A stretch of 32,159 nucleotides of DNA from IMG/VR virus record IMGVR_UViG_3300017777_002263, positions 1 to 32,159 of that record; one strand, 5' to 3'. The position numbers and the translations under genes were made by a program. The notes under the pieces are model-generated. The model was not told the DNA's origin. It saw only the letters and a list, made by a program, of their open reading frames with translations, and searched no databases. Source of the stretch: a virus. Lineage: Duplodnaviria; Caudoviricetes. This document shows, piece by piece, positions 1-9,244 of this stretch (position 1 is its first letter; the number at the start of each line of letters is the position of its first letter).

Positions 1-2657
1 ACAGCGCCAAATACAGTACCAGATGGATATTTGCCTGGGGCTAATCCATAAATACTAGCTTTGCTATATTGTACATATGGGATGTATATACCAGCTGTAC
101 TATTGATCGGAGTACTATATGATTCAAATCCATATGGTATACAAGATACTGGATAAGCTACATCAGCCATTTCAATTCTGATATATCTACTCAAGTTAGC
201 ATATGTGCCAAATTGAATAATCTTACCAGCATAAGTAATATAAGCATATCTATCACCAATTCTACGTGCAATATAATTTGCACTGTCTGGATCTAGATTC
301 AAGTTTTGGAAGATTTCCAAATATTTAGGTTTCTTATCGGTATCACTATAAGCACGGACACCTAGAGTAAATGAACCCCAATCACTGCCTGGAACTGTAC
401 CAGCCAACTTAACGTTGCTGATTTCAATCTTGTATTTTCTATTACTCGGAGTACCGTCGCTCATAGTATGTGCTTTGAACAATTGGAACTTAGTTGGAAC
501 AGCAGCTTCATTCGCACTACCTCTGAACGGAGCAATCTTTTGACTATATACCCATGGAGTATAAGCGTTTGTAATACCAAATTGACTATCTCCAGCATTT
601 AAGTTGGTACTATATTGATCAACAAACTTTAGCGGTTCACCTACGATTGTACTTCCAGATAGAGTACTAGTACCTACCGACAATCTCCAACCAAAAGTAC
701 TTGTCTTTTCTGCTACAAACTTCTTGATACTGTCTTCGAATAGAACGTAGTTGTAAGCAGCTTCAACTTTTTGACCGGCGATTTGTTTATCTGGACTGCC
801 AACTGTTGGATCCATTCCAAACACATCTTTGATATAGTTATTATCATTTTCATTTAAACTAAAATCATAATATCCATATGTTCCAGAAGAAACGCTACCA
901 TCTGGATTTGAGAAGTTATACTTCAATGCTAAGTTATAAACGTTTTCGTTTGGATTGATTAGATTCTTATAAGGAAACACACTACTGGTTAATTGTGACA
1001 GTGTAGTATTATTGAATCCATATACTTCATAATCACTGCTGAATTGTGTAGAAGCATTTTGGGTATTTGCTAATACTGCCAATATCATATTTTGTCGGCC
1101 TGATGTATTTGGATTACATGGATCGTTACTATTTGTTCCACCTGGACTAAATGTTCCATTATATTTAGCAAAATTACCACTAATTACACCTTTAAGTTCT
1201 AAACCAGCAACACATGTTCCTACACCACGTAGAGAATCAACACTACCGCTTATTAATAGGACAGAACCATTGGAAACATTCAATACATCTGGATCGTAAT
1301 CAATTACTACATTTCCAGCTGTATTTCCAAAGTATGAACTAGAAAATAGAGCAACGGCAGTAGTACTTTCCGCAAATGCTGTAGAAATTGCAGTTTCCGC
1401 ACTAATATCTTGTGCTTGTACACTGGAGCTTAGATAATAATATGGATAACTTGCATTACTTGGTGCGCCTTTCTTAGTGAACAAGATAGGACCAATGCTG
1501 CCTAAATTTAATTGTTGACCAGCGTATAATACACTTCCACTTAAGTTACCTGTACCATCAACATCGTCTGCGGTTACTCCACTTGTTAGAGATGCAGCTC
1601 CAAATTTTACATTAATTGCGCCACTCAATGACAATCTTGAATTATCTACACGAAATTCATAACTTCCTGTAGATTTAGCCAAATTGTAAGTTACACTGGA
1701 GAAGTTGGTACTATTACTAACAGAACCTTTAGCAAATACTAGTCCATATGTAATAACATTGCCACTTAATGTATATGAAGCGGTCAAATAACTATAATAC
1801 GGATGGGTTGTGGAATATGGAGCTTTATTTTGAGTACCAGCAACAGTTCCGAATGCATTTGTATCAAATAATATTGATTCGGTTATTATACTGGACGAAA
1901 TGGATCCAGAAAAACGTGATTTTTCAAAATCAAAATTTGCCAAACTGTAATTAATAGTTTTGCCCACCGTAAAATTACGTCTTTGTACAGATCCGGTAAA
2001 TTGATTGTAATAATCGGTAGTGGTTATTTTTAGAACTTTACCTTTACTTGCGGACGATACCAATGAACCTGATAGTGCTGAATAATATGACAAACCACTG
2101 ATATTATTAAGCAAAAATGATGTAATTTCACTGGTAGATGCTCGAGTTAGTGTAATTTTACCATTTAATCCTTTAAATTCACTACTTGATTTACTACCGG
2201 ATGAATACAACACAGAACTGCTCTGTTGATAATTAATATTGGTTGTATAACTAGTATCATCCAAATACATGAACGATTCATCTGTAATAGCACCAGCGTC
2301 TGCTCCACGGTTCCATACGCCTGGCTGAGCATAAACAAGCAATGGATTCTTCTGCCAGTAACCAGTAAGACCACCTACACGAACAATTGTAACGATACCT
2401 TGTTGTAGTAGATATTCTTTTGCGGTATATGGACCATAATACACTCCGTCAGCTACACCGAAAGTACTTTCTAAAGTAGATACTTCGGAAATTGTTGCTG
2501 GGAAGAATGCGGGTCCATCAGAGAATGGGGCTACTATAGCTCCACCTATGTTTGCGACACCTTGTGCTAAACCTGACAGGTCATTTTCTCTTGTGAAAAC
2601 TCCTGGACTTACTATATTTTGTGTTGGGGCGAATGTACCGCCTTCTTGTATTGGCAT
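1..2657 (-). CDS. Contractile tail sheath protein (T4 gp18-like), 3' end outside the window; at least 885 codons
   Basis: Manual translation from the ATG at 2657 is open to base 3. The N-terminus MPIQEGGTFAPTQNIVSPGVFTRENDLS...GGAIVAPFSDGP...FG...EYL...IVRVGG has the sheath SPGV motif. The later segment YKIEISNVK...WGSFTLGVRAY...LEIFQNLNLDPDSANYIARRIGD is also sheath-typical. It is missing from the ORF track because there is no stop in the window. Confidence 0.9.
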   Translation of the reverse strand, partial: MPIQEGGTFAPTQNIVSPGVFTRENDLSGLAQGVANIGGAIVAPFSDGPAFFPATISEVSTLESTFGVADGVYYGPYTAKEYLLQQGIVTIVRVGGLTGYWQKNPLLVYAQPGVWNRGADAGAITDESFMYLDDTSYTTNINYQQSSSVLYSSGSKSSSEFKGLNGKITLTRASTSEITSFLLNNISGLSYYSALSGSLVSSASKGKVLKITTTDYYNQFTGSVQRRNFTVGKTINYSLANFDFEKSRFSGSISSSIITESILFDTNAFGTVAGTQNKAPYSTTHPYYSYLTASYTLSGNVITYGLVFAKGSVSNSTNFSSVTYNLAKSTGSYEFRVDNSRLSLSGAINVKFGAASLTSGVTADDVDGTGNLSGSVLYAGQQLNLGSIGPILFTKKGAPSNASYPYYYLSSSVQAQDISAETAISTAFAESTTAVALFSSSYFGNTAGNVVIDYDPDVLNVSNGSVLLISGSVDSLRGVGTCVAGLELKGVISGNFAKYNGTFSPGGTNSNDPCNPNTSGRQNMILAVLANTQNASTQFSSDYEVYGFNNTTLSQLTSSVFPYKNLINPNENVYNLALKYNFSNPDGSVSSGTYGYYDFSLNENDNNYIKDVFGMDPTVGSPDKQIAGQKVEAAYNYVLFEDSIKKFVAEKTSTFGWRLSVGTSTLSGSTIVGEPLKFVDQYSTNLNAGDSQFGITNAYTPWVYSQKIAPFRGSANEAAVPTKFQLFKAHTMSDGTPSNRKYKIEISNVKLAGTVPGSDWGSFTLGVRAYSDTDKKPKYLEIFQNLNLDPDSANYIARRIGDRYAYITYAGKIIQFGTYANLSRYIRIEMADVAYPVSCIPYGFESYSTPINSTAGIYIPYVQYSKASIYGLAPGKYPSGTVFGA

Positions 2658-2666
2658 AATATTAAT

Positions 2667-2674
2667 ATCCTTTC
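2667..2674 (-). promoter_or_regulatory. Shine-Dalgarno-like site for the sheath gene
   Basis: The minus strand reads GAAAGGATATTAATATTATG, with AAAGGA about 10 nt before the ATG. Confidence 0.55.
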
Positions 2675-2677
2675 AAA

Positions 2678-2702
2678 GTTATATTTAATCAATAAATATA
2701 AC
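2678..2702. repeat. Perfect 10-bp inverted repeat with 5-nt loop upstream of the sheath RBS
   Basis: GTTATATTTA (2678-2687), loop ATCAA, TAAATATAAC (2693-2702). It overlaps a TATTTAT motif on the minus strand. Confidence 0.5.
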
Positions 2703-2741
2703 AGAAAAAAGTCAAGATTAAACTATTTATTATAACTTTTG

Positions 2742-5507
2742 TTATTTTGTCATATTTTTACTAATAAACCCTGAAATTATGATTTCGGTATAAAAATCTG
2801 GATTTGTCCAAAAATAATCGGTTATATCAATTCCATCTATCGAGAACAGTTTGACACTCATATCAGGATCTATGATTATTTTTTTAAGAACTTCATATCC
2901 GTGATTTCTCGGGGAGTGATTTCCACAGAAATGAAATTCTCCGCTAAATTTTCTTATATTTGATTTAAATAGATTATAATCTGTATCCAAAAAGATTTTT
3001 TCGTATCCTTCGATGTCAAACTTCAAAAAATCTATTGGTCTATTTATTAATTTAATAATATCAGAAAATGTCATAGACATAGATCTTTGCAATTTATTAT
3101 TATGGAACATTGACGCAAAAGTTTGTACCGATTTATTGTCTCCTATCAGTGCATGTATTAAAGTCGGTTGTTCATCGCCATTTAAGTTTTCAATGAAATC
3201 TGATAAACAATCGATACTACCATCTACTCCGATATATTTTATATTTTTTTCTTTGTGTTTTAAGAAAAAATATCCTTTAGAACACCCTAGATCTAAAACT
3301 AAATCATTTTCTTTTACATTCACGTATTTTTCGTACTGATTCCACTCAAATATTTCTTTATATGTAAAAACGTCTAAGTTTTTTCTTAACGGAAATATTG
3401 TGTTGACATCATTAATTATATTAATCAATTTTTCTTTTACCATTTCAAAAGAAATTTCTTTTGTACACTCAAATTCTTTTTTAGTATTTTTATACTTTGG
3501 ACACCAATTCCAATCACTGGCGCTAAATTTATATTTAATATCATTCCAACAACCATTACATACACTTTCGTTTATAACTCTATATGGTGTGAAAAATTCA
3601 TTAAATGATTTTGTAAATCCGCTTATCAGTAAGACTTTTTTATCTAACGCCCAAGCTAACCAACTATTCCCAGAACTTAGTCCTATAAAAAATTCGCAGT
3701 TATAAATCCACGATATCGCTTCGTGTATAGATTGCGTTTGTGGGTGAATTACATTTTTCAATCCTTGAAGATCCATATAATTCAACGCTTCTTTTTGTAT
3801 AACAACCACTTTGTACCCATTGTCATTTAAATGGTCTACTACTTTTTGCCATCCATCTATATGTTGCCAATGTTTACATCCAGATGTGGAGGCAGTTGAT
3901 ATACAAACGTATTTTTCTTGTAGTTTACGATCTTTATCTTTTATATGGATTTTTGTTTTTACTTCTTCGTAATCTAATCCAAGTATATTCGATGCAATTT
4001 GTTGCAGATTTTGTGTTCTATAATCAGCTGGTGATATTGAATTATCATTTGGATCAAAACATCCTATTTTATAAGAAGCGTAATAATTTTCATCATTTAT
4101 ATGGTTATAATTGTAAAAATTAATATTCGGATATTCAATTTCAAATAGATCTTTATTAGGAGTGTAGTAATCTACTATACAATTATGTTTTTTCTGAAAA
4201 AGATCTATACAGGCAACCCATGCAACTCCGTCGCCTAAAGAGGGTGATTCATTTACTATTTTTACGGTTTTATTTTTTAAATCTAAATTGAAATCGGAAA
4301 CTAAAGAATTCGTTTGTTTATCTCGTATTTGTATATTCCAATCAATAAAATAAGCAAAATTAGCTTGCGTCCACATATTGTTTGAAATATCTGATTCATA
4401 AACAAGTTTATTATTTTGTTTGTTAATAAATTTCAGATTGTATTCTTTTTTAATTTCACCTAATATTTCAACTTTAGATTTATTATTAAAATCGAAAACT
4501 ATACTGTTTTGTGATTCGACTGAATCTTTGTGATTTATCTTTGTACTTTCGTAAATTTCTATTAATTGAGTTTTCATACTTGTATCATAAAACGCTATTA
4601 ATGTATCAACAATACATTTCCAAGATTTTTCTTTAGACGTAATCGTTGTTAATTTTTTATATGTATCGTAGTTCTTTATTACGTGCGTTATACCATTAAT
4701 AATTTCCTCTACATCTCTATTCGATTTATATAATCCTTCTAAATTATTACCATCCTCAAACGTACCAACAATTGGCAAACCACATGAAATGGCCTCTAAC
4801 AATGTCAAATTTGGGTGACCAGCTTCCAATATAGATGGATGTAAAAAAATGTCATGGGACTGATATAATCTTAATAGATCAGTTTCACTTAAGTTATATA
4901 TAATGTTTAGTTTGTCGTAATTAAAATTATATCTTTCAAAAAACTTTTTATTATTTTCAGGACCAGCTATAGTAATTGGTAAATTTAATTTTTTAGCAGC
5001 TTCTATTGCAAAACCAAATCCTTTTCTGTCTTCTGATGGATCGTGAATAAACCCATTATTAGCTACACATAACAATTTATACTCGTCTACAACTCTAGAT
5101 GTAGGTATGAAAAAGTCGGTATTAACACCATGACTCAAGTATTTAAGATTCGGCAAGTCAAAATAGTTAACTAAATATTTTGCCGGTACAAATGAAATAA
5201 TTGAATTTTTTATCGCATTGTAATTTTCTTTAAAACAATTGGAGTCTTTGCCATATAAATATGCGTGATGATCGTGACAGGTAAAATAATAAGGTATACC
5301 TCTTTTATGAGCTTCAATTGCTAAATTAGCCACGTGAATGTGTACGACTGCACATCGGTCAGATTTGACTTGATCTAAATAAAGAATTTCAGATTCGTGT
5401 CCTAATTTTAAAAAATTTTGATGATATTCCCATATAATTTTTTCAACTGCTCCCCAACCATTTGGTGGAATTGGTAATAAACCAGGTGTAACATTAATTA
5501 TTCTCAT
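2742..5507 (-). CDS. Tri-functional glycosylation enzyme: GT4 domain + TibC/AAH-like (BAHT, GT9-related) protein O-heptosyltransferase domain + FkbM-type methyltransferase
   Basis: GT4: IPPNGWGAVEKII, HGVNTDFF, RKG, DIFLHPSILEAGHPNLTLLEAISCGLP. BAHT: IVFDFN, SLGDGVAW..IDLFQKKHNC, STSGCKHW, FFIGLSSGNSWLAWAL...LISGF, CNGC-x15-C-x11-C. FkbM: VLDLGCSKG and IDFLKFDIEGYE. Confidence 0.85.
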   Translation of the reverse strand: MRIINVTPGLLPIPPNGWGAVEKIIWEYHQNFLKLGHESEILYLDQVKSDRCAVVHIHVANLAIEAHKRGIPYYFTCHDHHAYLYGKDSNCFKENYNAIKNSIISFVPAKYLVNYFDLPNLKYLSHGVNTDFFIPTSRVVDEYKLLCVANNGFIHDPSEDRKGFGFAIEAAKKLNLPITIAGPENNKKFFERYNFNYDKLNIIYNLSETDLLRLYQSHDIFLHPSILEAGHPNLTLLEAISCGLPIVGTFEDGNNLEGLYKSNRDVEEIINGITHVIKNYDTYKKLTTITSKEKSWKCIVDTLIAFYDTSMKTQLIEIYESTKINHKDSVESQNSIVFDFNNKSKVEILGEIKKEYNLKFINKQNNKLVYESDISNNMWTQANFAYFIDWNIQIRDKQTNSLVSDFNLDLKNKTVKIVNESPSLGDGVAWVACIDLFQKKHNCIVDYYTPNKDLFEIEYPNINFYNYNHINDENYYASYKIGCFDPNDNSISPADYRTQNLQQIASNILGLDYEEVKTKIHIKDKDRKLQEKYVCISTASTSGCKHWQHIDGWQKVVDHLNDNGYKVVVIQKEALNYMDLQGLKNVIHPQTQSIHEAISWIYNCEFFIGLSSGNSWLAWALDKKVLLISGFTKSFNEFFTPYRVINESVCNGCWNDIKYKFSASDWNWCPKYKNTKKEFECTKEISFEMVKEKLINIINDVNTIFPLRKNLDVFTYKEIFEWNQYEKYVNVKENDLVLDLGCSKGYFFLKHKEKNIKYIGVDGSIDCLSDFIENLNGDEQPTLIHALIGDNKSVQTFASMFHNNKLQRSMSMTFSDIIKLINRPIDFLKFDIEGYEKIFLDTDYNLFKSNIRKFSGEFHFCGNHSPRNHGYEVLKKIIIDPDMSVKLFSIDGIDITDYFWTNPDFYTEIIISGFISKNMTK

Positions 5508-5580
5508 TTGTTTTAAATTTTATTCCGCAGCGTTTTTGTTATATCTGATTAATCATCAATACCACACTGTATTTAGATAG

Positions 5581-6537
5581 TCAAGATATTTTATATAGAA
5601 CACATTTATTTTTAAAACTTTCTATATTTTCTAAACTTACATTTTCATCAAATGCAATATAGTCATTAAATAAAACTCTTAAATTTGTCAAATCATTTGA
5701 TATTAAAAATTTAATTTTTAACCACTCACCGTGTGTACAATCTTTATTTAGAACCATTTGATTATTAATCAATATATTATATTTTCCAGTCTTTGCTATA
5801 ATAAATAATAGTGGTTCAAATTTATTTTCAACATTATAGGCTATATTTACAAATGAAGATGTATTAAAAATGTTAAATTTAGAATTACTAAAAAATTCAT
5901 CTACCGATGTGTTAGTAAAATATATTGATTCTTTTATATGATTTATTAACTGTGGAAAAATATACTCTAAAGTATCCGATGAACCCATGAATGGATATTT
6001 ATTGTACCAATCATCTATAGATTTTACGATAATAAAATTTTCTAAGAAAAAATCAACATTTCCCGCAAATAATCTGGATTCAATTGCTGGTCTATCATAT
6101 GAATGAAAATTGTACATCCACATTTTTGCATCAACAAGACACTGGTTTAGTATGATGTCGATTTTGTCTATATCCGGTTCTGAAAAATCCACATCAAACT
6201 CCAAATACAAAAAGTTTTTATATTGAAGATTTTTTGCGAATGAAATTGAAGCGCATATATGTTTGTAAACTATATAACTCGTTCCTCTGTGAAATACGTG
6301 TATTGTTTCCTTATCGTTAGCGAACCAATTCCACAGGCTTTTATCTTCGGGTAATAAAATATTATCAACGTCGTAGATATAATAATCTGTTAAACTCTGA
6401 ATATATTGATCATCTTGATAATTCGATATTATAATTATATCAATGTTTAATTTTTTTAATTTACTTATGCAATTAATTAAAATATTTCTACGTTCGTCCG
6501 TATTAGCATAACTGTTAATTATAATTACATTTTTCAT
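5581..6537 (-). CDS. Hypothetical protein, probable GT-A-like glycosyltransferase (ExD motif), paralogous to the C-terminal domain of 6534..9140
   Basis: 318-aa ORF with an ATGA overlap to the upstream gene. It has a Rossmann-like start (VIIINSY...ILINCISKLKKLNIDIIIIS...YYIYD) and FLYLEFDVDF. Confidence 0.55.
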   Translation of the reverse strand: MKNVIIINSYANTDERRNILINCISKLKKLNIDIIIISNYQDDQYIQSLTDYYIYDVDNILLPEDKSLWNWFANDKETIHVFHRGTSYIVYKHICASISFAKNLQYKNFLYLEFDVDFSEPDIDKIDIILNQCLVDAKMWMYNFHSYDRPAIESRLFAGNVDFFLENFIIVKSIDDWYNKYPFMGSSDTLEYIFPQLINHIKESIYFTNTSVDEFFSNSKFNIFNTSSFVNIAYNVENKFEPLLFIIAKTGKYNILINNQMVLNKDCTHGEWLKIKFLISNDLTNLRVLFNDYIAFDENVSLENIESFKNKCVLYKIS

Positions 6538-9140
6538 TTATATTTTATATATCCAGTATTTTTATAGTTTTCTTGATATTTGAATTGATATAATAATTTA
6601 TCCGTTTTAATTAAAGTGTTATTCATATCGTATGAGTCTATAATGTATTCTCCTTCCTGATCAATCTTACAAGCAGGCAACATCGTTCCAAAAACATAAT
6701 TATCAAATATAACTTTATTATTAAAAGTTATTGTCATTTTTACATTTATTTTGTTTTGGTTATTTACTATTATGTAAAAATTATTATCACAATCAGGAAT
6801 AATCTGTGAAGTGATGTCAACGTAAGAACTTAAATTTTTAGTTTCTACTTTAAAAAAGTCCTTAAAATGAGAATTTATTAATAAACAATCTGTATTTTCT
6901 ACTAGTTTTACAAAAATGTGTTCTAAACTAAACGGATATATCCATGTGAATTTGTCATTAAACGATTCAATATCATACGGAATGTAATTGTAGTCATTAA
7001 GTAAACAACACATTTCTTTTACGTCTCCCAGAAAAAATATTGTCTCATAACTAATAGTTTTTTTATTATCTGAGTCTGTCTGTGTAACATTAAAAAACAT
7101 TAATTTTTTATTTTTGTAAATTAGATCTGATTTTAATTTTTTAATTTTATAAATTTCATCTATATCAAAGTAGTTATCAAATTCAACAAAACAAAAATGT
7201 TTATAATCATATAAATTTGCAAAATTAAATGCATTTCTCATCGATCTTATTATTGGAAATTCGTGAGCAAAACTCTTAGTTACCCCTGCTATGTGTGTAA
7301 AGTATATCTCATATTTTTCAAAAATATTATACCACGTCAAATTTAAATTTTTTTCGTTAGGGATATTATTTTTGTCATATATAAAATACGTCACTGATTT
7401 TAATATATCTGTTGGTATTGTACAGTGTGTTACTAGAAGTATATCATTATTTAACTTTTTAATTCGGTCTATAGTAGATCTTAAAATGTTTAACTTATCT
7501 TCAGACGTTGCATAACAGTCTATTATAGTTATTGTTTTACTACCAAAATTTACATTTTTTTCATATTTTTCAAAGTCGTGAATTCTTTCAGAAAAACTCC
7601 TACCACAGAAGTGTATTACAAAATCGCCTTTTTGATAAATATTAGCGTCCGAGTTCCATTGTGGATATACAGACAAAACCTGTGCGTTTTCTGTAACGCA
7701 AAAACTATTGCAACATCTTTCATTTATTAATTTTGATTTAGATTTATACTCGTCCACATTCAGTAACAACTGCCTCATCGATTGTTGTTCGTGATCGAAA
7801 ACATTTACATTTACATTTTTCAAACAGTCGTGTTGAAGATCATAACAATCCATTAAGAAATTAAATGATACATGGCTATTTTTAAAAAAACAAGATCCGT
7901 TTGATAAATATGAATTCGTATTTGAAGTAAATATCATATCATAATCATCATCTATTAACGATTCTAACATTATATCAAATTCCATTATTAAAGCATCTAT
8001 ATCTATCCACCAAACCCAATCGTAGTCTTTTAATATAGTTTCAACCGCTTTAACTTTACTCCACCTAGGTGGCCTTGTTTTATCAATAACATCTTCAAAA
8101 TAAATAAAATCATAGTTATGTTTATTCACGTATTCAATTTTATTTTTTATTGATATTTTTGATAAATCCGAATAGTTGTGATCGAATAACGTAACTATTG
8201 CTATCTTTTTATCTTTAAAAGATTGGTCGTTTTTTATAGACTTATAAGATATATTTTTTTTTCCGTTTAAATAGTCTATACACTTTGTTAATTCGGACTC
8301 CGATTTACATCCGTGAAAAAATTTAATATCATTTTTATTTTCCGGAATATAATGCCACGGACAGTCTTTAACATAATAATTACATTTTTTATTCTCATAA
8401 AAATTTAATAATTCTTCATAATTTGATAAGTTAAAATGAACAATTGGTAATTGTTTATTTGCATTATATTTCCACAACAAAACATTAATAATCGTTTCAT
8501 CTTGCCAAGGTGCATAATTATAAAAATTTTTCAATACTTCCGGGTGGTTTGATACTATCACACATTCATCAAAAAAAGATCTACATTGTTTGTTAAAAAC
8601 CATAAAATTACTCTGAACATAATGCATTGATCTTTTGTTTACATTTAAAAGATTCATCAATGGCAATTCCAATGGATCGTTAGGCCCCCCTTTACCGTTT
8701 AATATCATATAATCAAACAATCCTTTACCAACTAATGGATAATTCTCACATTCGATTAAATACTCAAACATACTATCTACTGATTCGGCAATAATACCAT
8801 CTCCGTCCAAAAAAATTCCCTCTACAAGTCCGTTTTCCATTGCGTCTGTTAGAATCGTAGGTTTTCTACTTAACGTATAGTACGAATTGAAATTATTACG
8901 TGTTACAATCCCTATATTATCTGTTATATCATTCGCGTCTTTTATATATTCAGGAATTCCCAATACATCATCATCTATACGTTTCGTGTAAACTTGTTTG
9001 TGATTAAAATCGTGGGTAAAATTATACGTATATACAATAATTGGATATTTTGAAAACATTAATACGCTTTCAATTAATTTAGAAATTAAAGGCATATATT
9101 TTTCGTTTGTAAATGTTATAAAAGCACGTTTAGGAAACAT
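6534..9140 (-). CDS. Three-domain glycosyltransferase: GT-A domain (DGD) + GT34/GMA12-MNN10-like domain + ExD domain
   Basis: Domain 1: AFITFTNEKY, LSRKP, IFLDGDGII, QDETIINVLLW, FFHG. Domain 2: KIAIVT, NKIEY...HNYDF, RWSKV, DWVWWIDIDALI, NG, HEQ, GDFVIHFCG. Domain 3: IIDCY...FCFVEFDNYF. Confidence 0.8.
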   Translation of the reverse strand: MFPKRAFITFTNEKYMPLISKLIESVLMFSKYPIIVYTYNFTHDFNHKQVYTKRIDDDVLGIPEYIKDANDITDNIGIVTRNNFNSYYTLSRKPTILTDAMENGLVEGIFLDGDGIIAESVDSMFEYLIECENYPLVGKGLFDYMILNGKGGPNDPLELPLMNLLNVNKRSMHYVQSNFMVFNKQCRSFFDECVIVSNHPEVLKNFYNYAPWQDETIINVLLWKYNANKQLPIVHFNLSNYEELLNFYENKKCNYYVKDCPWHYIPENKNDIKFFHGCKSESELTKCIDYLNGKKNISYKSIKNDQSFKDKKIAIVTLFDHNYSDLSKISIKNKIEYVNKHNYDFIYFEDVIDKTRPPRWSKVKAVETILKDYDWVWWIDIDALIMEFDIMLESLIDDDYDMIFTSNTNSYLSNGSCFFKNSHVSFNFLMDCYDLQHDCLKNVNVNVFDHEQQSMRQLLLNVDEYKSKSKLINERCCNSFCVTENAQVLSVYPQWNSDANIYQKGDFVIHFCGRSFSERIHDFEKYEKNVNFGSKTITIIDCYATSEDKLNILRSTIDRIKKLNNDILLVTHCTIPTDILKSVTYFIYDKNNIPNEKNLNLTWYNIFEKYEIYFTHIAGVTKSFAHEFPIIRSMRNAFNFANLYDYKHFCFVEFDNYFDIDEIYKIKKLKSDLIYKNKKLMFFNVTQTDSDNKKTISYETIFFLGDVKEMCCLLNDYNYIPYDIESFNDKFTWIYPFSLEHIFVKLVENTDCLLINSHFKDFFKVETKNLSSYVDITSQIIPDCDNNFYIIVNNQNKINVKMTITFNNKVIFDNYVFGTMLPACKIDQEGEYIIDSYDMNNTLIKTDKLLYQFKYQENYKNTGYIKYK

Positions 9141-9244
9141 AATATTTATATTTTATTTGCGGGAAAAATCAATGAATAGTTATGTTGATTTGAATTTGAT
9201 TAGAAACTTTTGTGGTTAATCTTGAAAATCTATTTTGTAAAATT

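Noticed and set aside
1769-2408. Short ORFs 1769..1954(+), 2165..2374(-) and 2226..2408(+)
   Set aside because: All lie inside the long sheath reading frame (antisense or alternate frame) and have no protein-like features.
5556-5584. Sigma70 promoter upstream of the 921-aa gene (TTGACT-17-TATTGA)
   Set aside because: Good -35 and spacing, but the -10 lacks the conserved final T; too weak to call.
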